Shown in pieces: positions 9,834 through 18,647 of a stretch of 64,000 bases of DNA. The stretch is taken from NCBI GenBank assembly GCA_002347965.1, contig DDYN01000013.1:18674-82673 (forward strand), given 5' to 3'. A program made the translations under genes and the position numbers. The notes beneath the pieces are model-generated. The model ran no database searches. It saw only the letters and a list, made by a program, of their open reading frames with translations, and was not told where the DNA came from. The DNA is from Nitrospirae bacterium UBA2233 (GTDB taxonomy: Bacteria; UBA2233). Every line of letters starts with the position of its first letter. Position 1 is the first letter of the stretch.

Positions 9834-12599
9834 ATGAGAAACCCACCCTCCCTACCGGCGTTTGACCCAGTTCACGACATCTACAGCCTTTCGCCGCACC
9901 CATTATCGGCCATCTTTTCCCCTAAAAGCGTCGCCGTAATCGGAGCGAGCGAAAAAGATCACAGCGTGGGACGGGCGCTTCTTTCTAACTTAATCCAAAA
10001 CCCATTCGGCGGGACGGTCTATCCGGTAAACCCAAACAGGAAGAGCGTGCTCGGGATCCGAGCATACCCGGACATCCAGAGCCTTCCGGAAACGATCGAT
10101 TTGGCAGTCATCGCCACCCCGGCCCAGGGCGTCCCGGAGGTCGTTCAGGCATGCGCCAACGCGGACATTCCCGGTGCGATCATCATTTCGGCAGGGTTCA
10201 AGGAAGTCGGCAAAGGGGGTCAAGCGCTAGAGGAAAAAATTCTTGAAGTCGCGAAGGCGTCTGAAATGCGCCTGATTGGCCCGAACTGCCTTGGAGTGAT
10301 GAATACCCGCAGCAATTTGAACGCCACGTTTGCTCATGCTATGGCCAAGCAGGGTAACGTGGCGTTCCTTAGCCAAAGCGGGGCGCTTTGCACCGCCGTC
10401 CTAGACTGGAGCCTGAAAGCAAACGTCGGGTTCAGCGTGTTCGTTTCCGTGGGTTCGATGCTGGACGTAGGCTGGGGGGACCTGATTGAATACCTTGGCG
10501 ACGACCCGTACACCGAAAGCATTGTCATTTACATGGAAACGGTAGGCAACGCACGCACGTTCTTGTCCGCAGCCAGGGAGGTAGCGCTCACCAAACCTAT
10601 CTTGGTCATAAAGCCCGGCAGAACGCAGGCGGCAAGCAAGGCCGCCGTCTCGCACACGGGTTCGCTTACCGGATCGGACGAGGTTATCGACGCGGCCTTT
10701 CACCGCTCTGGCGTACTCCGGTTGGATTCCATCGCGGAGATGTTCTCCATGGCCGAAATGCTCGCCAAACAGCCTAGGCCAGAAGGCCCAAGGCTCGCGA
10801 TTTTAACGAACGCGGGAGGCCCTGGGGTTTTAGCAAGCGATGCGCTCCTTCTAAGCGGTGGAAGACTTGCCGAAGTGTCGGAAGAAACCCTTCAAAAGCT
10901 CGGACAATTCCTCCCCCCCCAGTGGAGCCACAACAACCCCGTCGACATTCTAGGAGACGCCGGCCCCGAGCGTTACGTCAAGGCCATCGAAGTCCTTGCG
11001 AACGACGAGGAGAACGACGGGCTGCTCGCAATCCTTACACCGCAAGCGATGACGCAGCCCTTCGAAACGGCAGACGCCCTAAGGCGCACTGTACGACCTG
11101 GCAACAAACCTCTTTTGACAAGCTGGATGGGGGGAGAAGGAGTTTCGCCCGGCATTGTCATCCTTAAAGATGCGGGGCTTCCTACCTTTTCTTATCCGGA
11201 CGATGCGGCACGCGCATTCAGCGCGATGTGGCGCTTCAGCGAAAACCTTCATTCTCTGTACGAAACCCCTAGGCTTACCGTAGACGCTTCGAAGGAGTTC
11301 GACCGTAACGCCGCATCGAAGGTTATCGAAGAAGCAAAAAAGGCCAACCGAACCGTCCTGAACGAAGTTGAATCGAAACGGCTCCTTGAGGCCTACGGAA
11401 TCCCCACGGTTCCAACACTTTTGGCGGCCTCGCCAAAAGAGGCAAAAAAGCTTGCGGAAATGCTCGGCTTTCCCGTGGTCCTTAAGCTCCATTCAAACAC
11501 AATCACGCACAAAACCGACGTGGGCGGGGTTTGTCTCAACCTAAAAACCCCCGAAGAGGTCTTGAAGGCCTTCGTAAGAATCCAGCAAAGCATCGAGGAA
11601 AAGGTTGGGCCTGGCCATTTCCTCGGCGTGAGCGTTCAGCCGATGGTAGACCTCAAAGGCTACGAGCTGATCTTAGGCTCTAGTACCGACTCCCAGTTTG
11701 GCCCCGTCATTTTGTTCGGCGCAGGCGGAGTCCTGGTCGAGGTATTTAAGGATCAAGCCATCGGTATACCTCCCCTCACAGACGTGCTAGCGCGTCGGAT
11801 CATCGAGAAGACCAAAATTGCGGCAGCGCTCAAAGGGATCCGCGGCCGGGCACCGATGGATATGGCCATGCTTGAAGCCCTGCTGGTACGGTTCAGCTGG
11901 CTGATTGCCGAACAACGAAGGATCGTGGAGTTCGACATCAACCCTCTATTGGCCTCTTTTTCCGGCACGCCCTCCTTCATGGCGCTAGATGCCCGCGTAC
12001 TCCTGGCGGACCCGGGGCTGCCCGAGGGTTTGCTGCCTACGCTGGCCATCCGCCCTTACCCGGAGCGTTATTTCTGGAGGCATGCGACAAAGACCGGCAT
12101 GCCCTACACCCTACGCCCGATCAGGCCTGAGGACGTTCCCAAAGTGCAACACTTCCACGAAACGCTCTCGGAAAGGAGCGTCAGCTTGCGCTACCTTTCC
12201 CCCGTCCTCTTTCAAGAGCGGACCCGGCAAGAAAGGCTTGTTCGGGCGTGCTTTATTGATTACGACAAAGAAATTGCGCTTGTTGCGGAGACGACGGACG
12301 GGCAGGTGATTGCCATCGGCAGGTTAAAAAAACTGCCCCAAAGGTCTGGCGCGAGCTTTTCCTTACTCGTGGCCGACCCGTATCAGCGTCAAGGCATCGG
12401 GACCGAAATGCTAACGCGCCTGGTTGAAATTGCCAGACAAGAAGGCCTTACGCATTTGTTCGCCCTTATGACCCCAGAAAACGAGCTAATGCGGCGAATG
12501 CTAGAAAAGTTTGGTTTCCGCCTCCATTTTCACAGAAAGAAGACGGGGCTCGTCGAAGGGGAGCTTGCGATCAACTCCCGTGAAAAAGAAGTAGAATAG
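9834..12599 (+). CDS. Pat/PatZ-type protein lysine acetyltransferase (ADP-forming acyl-CoA synthetase alpha/beta domains + C-terminal GNAT)
   Basis: CoA-binding VAVIGAS motif, succinyl-CoA-ligase-like and ATP-grasp domains, and a C-terminal GNAT ([10 protein letters not shown]). The start is either ATG 9834 (GGAAAGG RBS) or ATG 9801. The first 285 nt of the longer ORF overlap pepA and are not coding. Confidence 0.85.
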   Translation: MRNPPSLPAFDPVHDIYSLSPHPLSAIFSPKSVAVIGASEKDHSVGRALLSNLIQNPFGGTVYPVNPNRKSVLGIRAYPDIQSLPETIDLAVIATPAQGVPEVVQACANADIPGAIIISAGFKEVGKGGQALEEKILEVAKASEMRLIGPNCLGVMNTRSNLNATFAHAMAKQGNVAFLSQSGALCTAVLDWSLKANVGFSVFVSVGSMLDVGWGDLIEYLGDDPYTESIVIYMETVGNARTFLSAAREVALTKPILVIKPGRTQAASKAAVSHTGSLTGSDEVIDAAFHRSGVLRLDSIAEMFSMAEMLAKQPRPEGPRLAILTNAGGPGVLASDALLLSGGRLAEVSEETLQKLGQFLPPQWSHNNPVDILGDAGPERYVKAIEVLANDEENDGLLAILTPQAMTQPFETADALRRTVRPGNKPLLTSWMGGEGVSPGIVILKDAGLPTFSYPDDAARAFSAMWRFSENLHSLYETPRLTVDASKEFDRNAASKVIEEAKKANRTVLNEVESKRLLEAYGIPTVPTLLAASPKEAKKLAEMLGFPVVLKLHSNTITHKTDVGGVCLNLKTPEEVLKAFVRIQQSIEEKVGPGHFLGVSVQPMVDLKGYELILGSSTDSQFGPVILFGAGGVLVEVFKDQAIGIPPLTDVLARRIIEKTKIAAALKGIRGRAPMDMAMLEALLVRFSWLIAEQRRIVEFDINPLLASFSGTPSFMALDARVLLADPGLPEGLLPTLAIRPYPERYFWRHATKTGMPYTLRPIRPEDVPKVQHFHETLSERSVSLRYLSPVLFQERTRQERLVRACFIDYDKEIALVAETTDGQVIAIGRLKKLPQRSGASFSLLVADPYQRQGIGTEMLTRLVEIARQEGLTHLFALMTPENELMRRMLEKFGFRLHFHRKKTGLVEGELAINSREKEVE

Positions 12600-12745
12600 A
12601 AGCGTTTTGCGCCTTCTGCTACGTTATCGGCTTTTTTGGCGCCTTGCTCCGGTCTAAAGGCTTTCTAGAGCCTTGCTTCCCGTTCGCTCCACTGCAGCGA
12701 CAATTGGAAGGTCCGACTATTAGGACAACAAAAAGACAAGCAAAA

Positions 12746-12763
12746 GGGGCGGAATTCCGCCCC
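12746..12763. terminator. Bidirectional terminator hairpin
   Basis: GGGGCGG-AATT-CCGCCCC with an upstream A-run and a downstream T-run. It lies between the 3' ends of two convergent genes. Confidence 0.6.
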
Positions 12764-12812
12764 TTTTGCAGCAAATCACCGGAGTTTACCCTAAAAGGGT
12801 GAACTCCCCTGT

Positions 12813-13106
12813 TTACTCGCCTTTGTCCAACTTCTCATCGATCTTTTCGCCGAGCTTCTCTCCCTTACCCTTCTTGCCGGTAAGCTCTTTTTTAGCCTCT
12901 TCGGCCGCATTTTTCGTCTTCTTGCCGGCCTTATCGACCGATTCGCCCGCCTTTTCCGCCGTGCCCTTTTCTCCGGTCACCTCTTCTTTTGCCTCCGAAG
13001 CAGCCCCCTTGATCTTACCGAGCACACCTTCTTCTTTCGCCACCCCAAAGCTAGACCATGAGGCAACAAACATGAGCGCTACGATTCCAAACGCAAGACG
13101 TTTCAT
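12813..13106 (-). CDS. Secreted CsbD-like Lys/Glu-rich repeat protein (97 aa)
   Basis: ATG at 13106 with a GGAGGAGG RBS. Signal peptide MKRLAFGIVALMFVASWSSFGVA. Two repeats of the K-x-K-[ED]-x-TG-[EK]-KG type resemble CsbD. Confidence 0.6.
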   Translation of the reverse strand: MKRLAFGIVALMFVASWSSFGVAKEEGVLGKIKGAASEAKEEVTGEKGTAEKAGESVDKAGKKTKNAAEEAKKELTGKKGKGEKLGEKIDEKLDKGE

Positions 13107-13553
13107 AGGCCTCCTCCTTTTGTCATAAAATTGCACGAAAAAGTAACCACCTACTCTTGTTAGGGTAGCATACGGCTCACGAGGACTCAAAGAGCCCCGC
13201 TTCGCCATGAAGCAAACGACGGGAAGCGCGGCCAGAGACAGACAAGCAAGACACGCCATCCCACACAAGAACGCGATGGCGTGTCTTTACAGCTTGGCTC
13301 GAACTAATAAGGAAGCCGCCCCTCTGTCGCTTCGCGTACTTCCACTAAAATCATGTCCCCAAGCCTTCAACAGCCCAAGGGTAAAAAATTTCCTCCTTGA
13401 AAAAGAATGACTTTAGTACCTTTTCCCTTAAGCCTTTTGGACTTGACCCCTTGATCCCCGTACATTCCTGTGTTAAAGTTTTGGACATAATAGACGAAAA
13501 TAGTATTGATACAGAATTGATTGGAATCGCCGCGCCAAAGGAGGCCCAAGTCA

Positions 13554-14126
13554 ATGAAAAAACAATTCCTGCACTCCTCTTTGGGTCTGATCGCGTTTTT
13601 GATCGGCCTTTTCCTGCCTTTCGAAGGGGCCAAAGCCCAAGATGTCATTCATGTATCCGGGACGTTTACCGATGAGGGGGTTGAGTGTCCGGCTGTCATG
13701 GGGGATAACGGGGGACTTTACACCCTTATCGGGGATGTCTCCGGTTTTGAGCCAGGGGATAGGGTTGAGCTTGTCGGCACCCCGGTAGAGGTCTCCGTGT
13801 GTATGCAAGGAATGACGCTCGATGTCCAAGCCATACAGCCCGAAAGCGTTAAGGGCCAACAGACGCTCATAATCCTTGAAGGAGAAATCCTTGCCGATAC
13901 GGCGGGTGTTCGAAACTGCCTGATCTTGAACTCTAAAGGCGGCAAGGTCTACGGGCTGGTCCAGGGTGGCTTACCCCAGGACATCCCAGCCGGCCCTGCC
14001 ATAGTCATCGCAAAACAAAGGCTAACCAGAAGAAGAGACTTAAGAAGAGACCTCCCTTGCGGTAAGGAGGTCGATCAAACCCTGGATCTCGTCAGGGTTC
14101 TTTGGGGTATCACGTTGAAACCTTAA
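13554..14126 (+). CDS. Hypothetical secreted protein with an internal ~80-aa duplication, each copy carrying a Cys pair
   Basis: ATG with an AAAGGAGG RBS and a signal peptide. The two halves align. Confidence 0.5.
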   Translation: MKKQFLHSSLGLIAFLIGLFLPFEGAKAQDVIHVSGTFTDEGVECPAVMGDNGGLYTLIGDVSGFEPGDRVELVGTPVEVSVCMQGMTLDVQAIQPESVKGQQTLIILEGEILADTAGVRNCLILNSKGGKVYGLVQGGLPQDIPAGPAIVIAKQRLTRRRDLRRDLPCGKEVDQTLDLVRVLWGITLKP

Positions 14127-14156
14127 AAAAATCACGCAATCTTTGGAGGAGCAGCC

Positions 14157-14681
14157 GTGCGTTACCGGCAAAAAGGGTTTTTTGTGGCAGCCGTGTTGCT
14201 AATGAACCTGATGAGCGCTTCACTTGGAATTGGCTTGACCATCCCAACATCAGAAAGCCTAGCAACCTTTCTGCCCCCAGCCCCCAGCGGATGGAAGGCC
14301 GACCCGCTCTCCAGTTCGGCTTTCGACCACCCTACGGGATCCATCCTCTCTCAAGCCTATACAGGGCCATCGGGGCGGACCGTAGTCGTAACTATCGTGA
14401 CCTCTATCAAAAGTCCGACCCAAGCAGAAGACCAAGAGGACGAGGAGTTCCAGTGCCGCTCGGATTCCAAGGAGTACGATATTCAAGGGTTTCACGTTTA
14501 TGACATGACCATGCAATGTCCGGATTACTCGGAGCATTACCTATACACGGCCTTGCTAGATAACGAGGGTTTCAGCTTCAGCGTGTTGGTAACCGAGTAT
14601 GGAACCTTAGAAGACGATGGGACACTAAGGGCAATCTTAGAATCTATGGATCTTAGGGGCCTAAGAAGCTTGGCGGAATAG
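14157..14681 (+). CDS. Hypothetical secreted protein (174 aa)
   Basis: Signal peptide present. The acidic C-terminal half contains a CX(n)C pair. Confidence 0.5.
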   Translation: MRYRQKGFFVAAVLLMNLMSASLGIGLTIPTSESLATFLPPAPSGWKADPLSSSAFDHPTGSILSQAYTGPSGRTVVVTIVTSIKSPTQAEDQEDEEFQCRSDSKEYDIQGFHVYDMTMQCPDYSEHYLYTALLDNEGFSFSVLVTEYGTLEDDGTLRAILESMDLRGLRSLAE

Positions 14682-14871
14682 ACCCAAAGCCTAAAAAGGA
14701 GGCTTATGGCTGCCCGGTAAGGGATCAATGACCAGGCCGCTCAACAGGTAACAGGTAAGGATAGACCTTACGCTTTTGTCCGGGGTGGTGATTCGGGGTT
14801 GGCGATAGATGGCACGGATTGAACAAAAGCGGGCTGGCTGGCTCGAACCGATGACGGAGTGGATAGAAAAG

Positions 14872-14898
14872 GTAAAAAATCCGTCCGAAATCGTACGG
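14872..14898 (-). terminator. Putative rho-independent terminator downstream of tRNA-Phe
   Basis: On the minus strand, a CCGUACGA-UU-UCGGACGG hairpin is followed by UUUUUUACC. Confidence 0.4.
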
Positions 14899-14987
14899 AA
14901 GGGCAATGCCTTCGGCTAACCGCGCGGTGCGCACGCACGCCGAGCGGAAAGGGTTTGCCGTCGGTCAATTTTCCGAAAGTCAGACTT

Positions 14988-15063
14988 TGGTGCCGAGGGA
15001 CGGAATCGAACCGCCGACGCAAGGCTTTTCAGGCCTTCGCTCTACCGACTGAGCTACCTCGGC
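14988..15063 (-). tRNA. tRNA-Phe(GAA): tRNA-Phe (anticodon GAA)
   Basis: 76-nt cloverleaf: acceptor GCCGAGG/CCUCGGC, D-arm GCUC-AGUCGGUA-GAGC, anticodon loop CUGAAAA, T-loop UUCGAUU, 3' CCA encoded. Confidence 0.9.
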
Positions 15064-15129
15064 CCCTTGAAACCGGAACGGTAGAGGCAGTTATTGTAAC
15101 AGAACGAGCCGCGGTAGCCAAGCCCGAGC

Positions 15130-16041
15130 CTATAGTCTTCCTTGAAGGCATGCAACCTTCTCGAGGCCGTGGCGGTCGAGGTAGGCAAGCATCCCTTGTT
15201 TGATCTCTTCCACGCCGAAGGGGTTAACAAGAAGGAGCGTCCCCACGCCCACAAGGCTTGCACCTGCCAGCATCATACCAATGGCGTCCTCTGGGGAGCT
15301 TACTCCACCCATGCCGACGATAGGGATCCTGACCGCTCTGGACACCTCGGAAACCATCCGTAGCGCGATTGGGTAGATAGACGGGCCAGAAAGCCCCCCA
15401 AACCGCGTCCCTAGCCTTGAGCTTTTGGCGTCCACATCTATTGCCATCCCGAGCAGCGTGTTGATCAAAGACAGCGCGTCGGCTCCGGAATCTTCGCACG
15501 CCTTGGCCACCTCGCTGATGCTGGCGACGTTGGGAGACAGCTTCACGATCAACGGGTAGCGGCAAAGGGGCTTGATCAATCGAACTAGCCTGGACGCCAC
15601 CTTTGGGTCGGAGGCAAGAATCCTCCCCCATTGGGGTTTGTTTGGGCAAGAAAGATTGAGCTCCATCGCGAAAAGCCCTTCGAGGTCCGAGAGCATTTGG
15701 GCGGCCTTTTGGAACTCGGTCTCGTCATCTCCAAAAAAATTCGCGATTATCGGAACCCCGAGCCCTCTAAGATGCGGCCAAGTATTCTTTGCGAACGCCT
15801 CGATCCCCACATTTTCGAGCCCGATCGAGTTGAGCATCCCGCAGGGAGTTTCGGCAATACGAGGGGGAGGGTTGCCACGCTTGGGGGTTGCGGACAGCCC
15901 TTTTAGCGTGATGGCACCGAACGCCTCGGGTGGTAAGAGCTCCGGCTGCTCGAGCCCGTACCCGTAGCATCCGGAGGCGGCAACGATCGGGTTTTTGATC
16001 GTTTTCCCTAGAAATGTGACTTCAAGCCGGTTTGAAGTCAC
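15130..16041 (-). CDS. pyrD: Dihydroorotate dehydrogenase (class 1B) catalytic subunit
   Basis: 303 aa with a conserved TIM-barrel FMN site (GCYG, NTLLGMAID, GGLSGP). Confidence 0.9.
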   Translation of the reverse strand: MTSNRLEVTFLGKTIKNPIVAASGCYGYGLEQPELLPPEAFGAITLKGLSATPKRGNPPPRIAETPCGMLNSIGLENVGIEAFAKNTWPHLRGLGVPIIANFFGDDETEFQKAAQMLSDLEGLFAMELNLSCPNKPQWGRILASDPKVASRLVRLIKPLCRYPLIVKLSPNVASISEVAKACEDSGADALSLINTLLGMAIDVDAKSSRLGTRFGGLSGPSIYPIALRMVSEVSRAVRIPIVGMGGVSSPEDAIGMMLAGASLVGVGTLLLVNPFGVEEIKQGMLAYLDRHGLEKVACLQGRL

Positions 16042-16948
16042 ACCCGGCGCCCCGCAGTTCGTCGCTTCGAGTCAATCGCTCCCAATCTACCTCCTTGGCG
16101 TCCATCACGGGGCCTTTTTGGCAGAGCTTGACGTACATCCCTTCCCGATTCTCCATAGCGCACCCCAAACAAAACCCCATACCGCACCCCATTGGACCTT
16201 CAAAGCTTACGACAAGGTCAAACCGATGCCGCTCGGCCAGCTTGTTCAGCGCGTAAAGCATGGGCAAGGGGCCGCATGCAAACACTTTTGCCGAACCGCC
16301 GGCCTGAAGGAGTAAGGCTCGTTCAGCCTCTACGAGCTCGGTTACCCTCCCTTTAAACCCTTCCGACCCGTCTTCGGTGGCAACGTAAAGCCCGTCCGTA
16401 AGGCCAAGATGACGCTTCGCCAGCTCGGCCTTCGTCTTCGCGCCGTAAAGCAATAAAAAATCGGCCTCCGGAGAAACTTGTTTTATTTGCCGGCCCAAAA
16501 GCACCATCGGGGCCACGCCAACCCCACCCGCCACGGCGATTATACGCCTTTGATCCGGGCCAACGTGCCTTAAAAACGACTGCCCCATTGGTATGATGAC
16601 CCGAAGCTTATGGCCTTGCCTGGCTTCTGCAAGCCGTCTTGTTCCTTTCCCCCGTATTGCGACCAAAAAACCTACGCGACAGCCTGTGGACCCGGCTTCA
16701 AAGCTTGCGATCGACAAGGGCCTGTTGAGAAGAGGGTCTTGAGTGTCCTTGAAGCCCACCATAGCAAACTGCCCCGCCATGGGCGACATCGGAAGCAAAG
16801 AAAGCGCAAGCTCAAGCCAAAAAATACCTGCCCCGGCCTGGGCAATCGCAACAACCTCCCCTTCGGTTTGACAAGGGGAAGAAGCAGGCCGAACGGACAG
16901 ATCAGGGCTCAAAGCGGTTGAAGTCCGGGAGGAGCATGATGTAGGCAT
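16022..16948 (-). CDS. pyrK: Dihydroorotate dehydrogenase electron-transfer subunit
   Basis: FAD/NAD-binding ferredoxin-reductase fold plus a C-terminal 2Fe-2S CGMGFCLGC motif. The 5' end overlaps the upstream gene by 47 nt, so the true start may be internal. Confidence 0.8.
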   Translation of the reverse strand: MPTSCSSRTSTALSPDLSVRPASSPCQTEGEVVAIAQAGAGIFWLELALSLLPMSPMAGQFAMVGFKDTQDPLLNRPLSIASFEAGSTGCRVGFLVAIRGKGTRRLAEARQGHKLRVIIPMGQSFLRHVGPDQRRIIAVAGGVGVAPMVLLGRQIKQVSPEADFLLLYGAKTKAELAKRHLGLTDGLYVATEDGSEGFKGRVTELVEAERALLLQAGGSAKVFACGPLPMLYALNKLAERHRFDLVVSFEGPMGCGMGFCLGCAMENREGMYVKLCQKGPVMDAKEVDWERLTRSDELRGAGCDFKPA

Positions 16949-17345
16949 TCTCGTTCGTCCTTGCGTAGTAGCGCGGCCTTTCTCCTGCGATGCGGAACCC
17001 TAACTTTTCGTAAAGCCGAATTGCTTCCACGTTGGAAATCCTCACCTCGAGAGTGGCCTTTTCCGCTCCAAGCTCTTTGCCGATGGCGATCGATTTTTTC
17101 AAAAGCAGCTCTCCTATCCCTAACCTTCGAAACGTGGGGTCAATCGCAAAGTTGAGAATGTGGACCTCTTCGAACATCACCCAGAAGAGGTTGTAGCCCA
17201 AGATTCTCGTTTCGTCCGCAAAATGCGCAACAAGGCCTTTCGAAAAAGGGTTTTCAAGCTCAGTCCGAAACAGGGTATAACCCCAAGGGTCCGGGAAGGA
17301 CTTGGCCTCGATGACTACCGCATCTTCAACCTCTTCGAGGCGCAT
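16902..17345 (-). CDS. RimI-like GNAT (ribosomal-protein-alanine N-acetyltransferase family)
   Basis: The ~150-aa core (ILNFAIDPTFRRLGIGELLL...RLYEKLGF) begins at ATG 17345. The longer ORF would overlap trpF. Confidence 0.6.
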   Translation of the reverse strand: MRLEEVEDAVVIEAKSFPDPWGYTLFRTELENPFSKGLVAHFADETRILGYNLFWVMFEEVHILNFAIDPTFRRLGIGELLLKKSIAIGKELGAEKATLEVRISNVEAIRLYEKLGFRIAGERPRYYARTNENAYIMLLPDFNRFEP

Positions 17346-17394
17346 CTCCCTAAGAACAACCCTTCCCACCCTCTCCGGCTTAGCAGCAGGGAGC

Positions 17395-18051
17395 TCAGGA
17401 GTGGCCGACGAACAAGACTTTTTGGGCTGAAAGCGCAACAAGAACCTCATCGATCGCCTGCATGTCTTTGATTCCGGGGGCTTCCTCCACCCCGCTCGCC
17501 ATGTCCACACCGTAAGGCCGAAGACATCGAACCACCTCGAACACGTTTTTAGGGCCAAGGCACCCTGCCACCAGCACAGGCCTGCTTGCCCGCTTCATCA
17601 GGGCCAACGTCAGGGCAAACGGAAACGGGCCTGCTCGCGAAACCGTTTTTGGGCGCTCGAGGACGAACCTGTCTGCAACCTCCGCGTAACGCTCGGGCAC
17701 AGCTTCCGGCACGACCGGCAGCGCCTTCCAGATTTCCGTCCTTTTAGGCAGCAACGCCCTCAGCTCAACGAGGAATTCCGGCTCTTCGCGGCCGTGAAAC
17801 TGTAGGGCTACGGGAGCCGATTCAAGGAGCACACGAACCAGCGCGGCATCCGGGTTCGATAAAACAAACACGGTCCTTCTCGGGGCGCACGCAGCGATCG
17901 CCAACGCCTTGGAGCGCTCCACGCTCCTTGGGGTTCCTTCCACCTCGACAATAACGCCAATGTAAGGAACATTCCTTGCAACAAGCGCCGTCGCGTCTTC
18001 AAGGCGCGTCACGCCGCAAACCTTCAGTTTCGGGGAGAACTTTTCGTCCAT
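17395..18051 (-). CDS. trpF: Phosphoribosylanthranilate isomerase
   Basis: KVCGVT, GVDMASGVE and PGIKD motifs. ATG at 18051. Confidence 0.85.
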   Translation of the reverse strand: MDEKFSPKLKVCGVTRLEDATALVARNVPYIGVIVEVEGTPRSVERSKALAIAACAPRRTVFVLSNPDAALVRVLLESAPVALQFHGREEPEFLVELRALLPKRTEIWKALPVVPEAVPERYAEVADRFVLERPKTVSRAGPFPFALTLALMKRASRPVLVAGCLGPKNVFEVVRCLRPYGVDMASGVEEAPGIKDMQAIDEVLVALSAQKVLFVGHS

Positions 18052-18647
18052 ACGATCTTCCAAAGGTCTACGGGGTGGAGCTTGTAGACGTCCTCTACAT
18101 GAAGGCCCGATCTGGCTATCAGCGGGTCAAGCGCAAAATCGGGGTGCCAGCCCAACTTCCTGCACAACGGACCGAACGCCTTGAGTAGCACCAGAGACGC
18201 GGGATTCTCGCTCCGAAAATGGTTGATAATGACGATCGAACCCCCAGGCCGGGTGACCCTTTGCATCTCCTTGAGGATCTCATGCGGGTTGTCCGCCACC
18301 GAGACGACGTGGGCCACGATGCTGTGGTCGAACACGTTGTCCTTGAAAGCAAGCCGCCTTCCATCCATCTTCGCCAGCAGGACCGACCGGGCGTTGATCC
18401 CGGGCAGCTTGGCCTTTGCCCTGGCAAGCATGGTATCTAGCACGTCCACCCCGGCCACGCGCACACCTGCCGGGTACAAAGGGAGAGAAATGCCAGTTCC
18501 TACGCCTACCTCGAGCACGATCTGCCCCGGAGAAAGCGCAAGCTTTTCGATGACATGCCTCAGCCTTGGCAAAAACATCCTGCCAAACACGGCGTCGTAG
18601 ATTTTTACGTACCGGCTGTAAGCCTTCTCTATGGCCTGGATGTCCAC
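18024..18647 (-). CDS. Class I SAM-dependent methyltransferase
   Basis: LEVGVGTG motif I and Methyltransf_11-like motifs. GTG start. Confidence 0.75.
   Translation of the reverse strand: MDIQAIEKAYSRYVKIYDAVFGRMFLPRLRHVIEKLALSPGQIVLEVGVGTGISLPLYPAGVRVAGVDVLDTMLARAKAKLPGINARSVLLAKMDGRRLAFKDNVFDHSIVAHVVSVADNPHEILKEMQRVTRPGGSIVIINHFRSENPASLVLLKAFGPLCRKLGWHPDFALDPLIARSGLHVEDVYKLHPVDLWKIVWTKSSPRN

Noticed and set aside
14700-14990. Possible tmRNA, SRP RNA or RNase P RNA next to tRNA-Phe
   Set aside because: I looked for the conserved SRP domain IV sequence, tmRNA tRNA-like ends and RNase P P4 motifs and found none. Only a terminator hairpin is supported.
14859-15203. 114-aa plus-strand ORF
   Set aside because: It overlaps tRNA-Phe on the opposite strand and the pyrD 3' end. 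Its only use was as a coordinate check.
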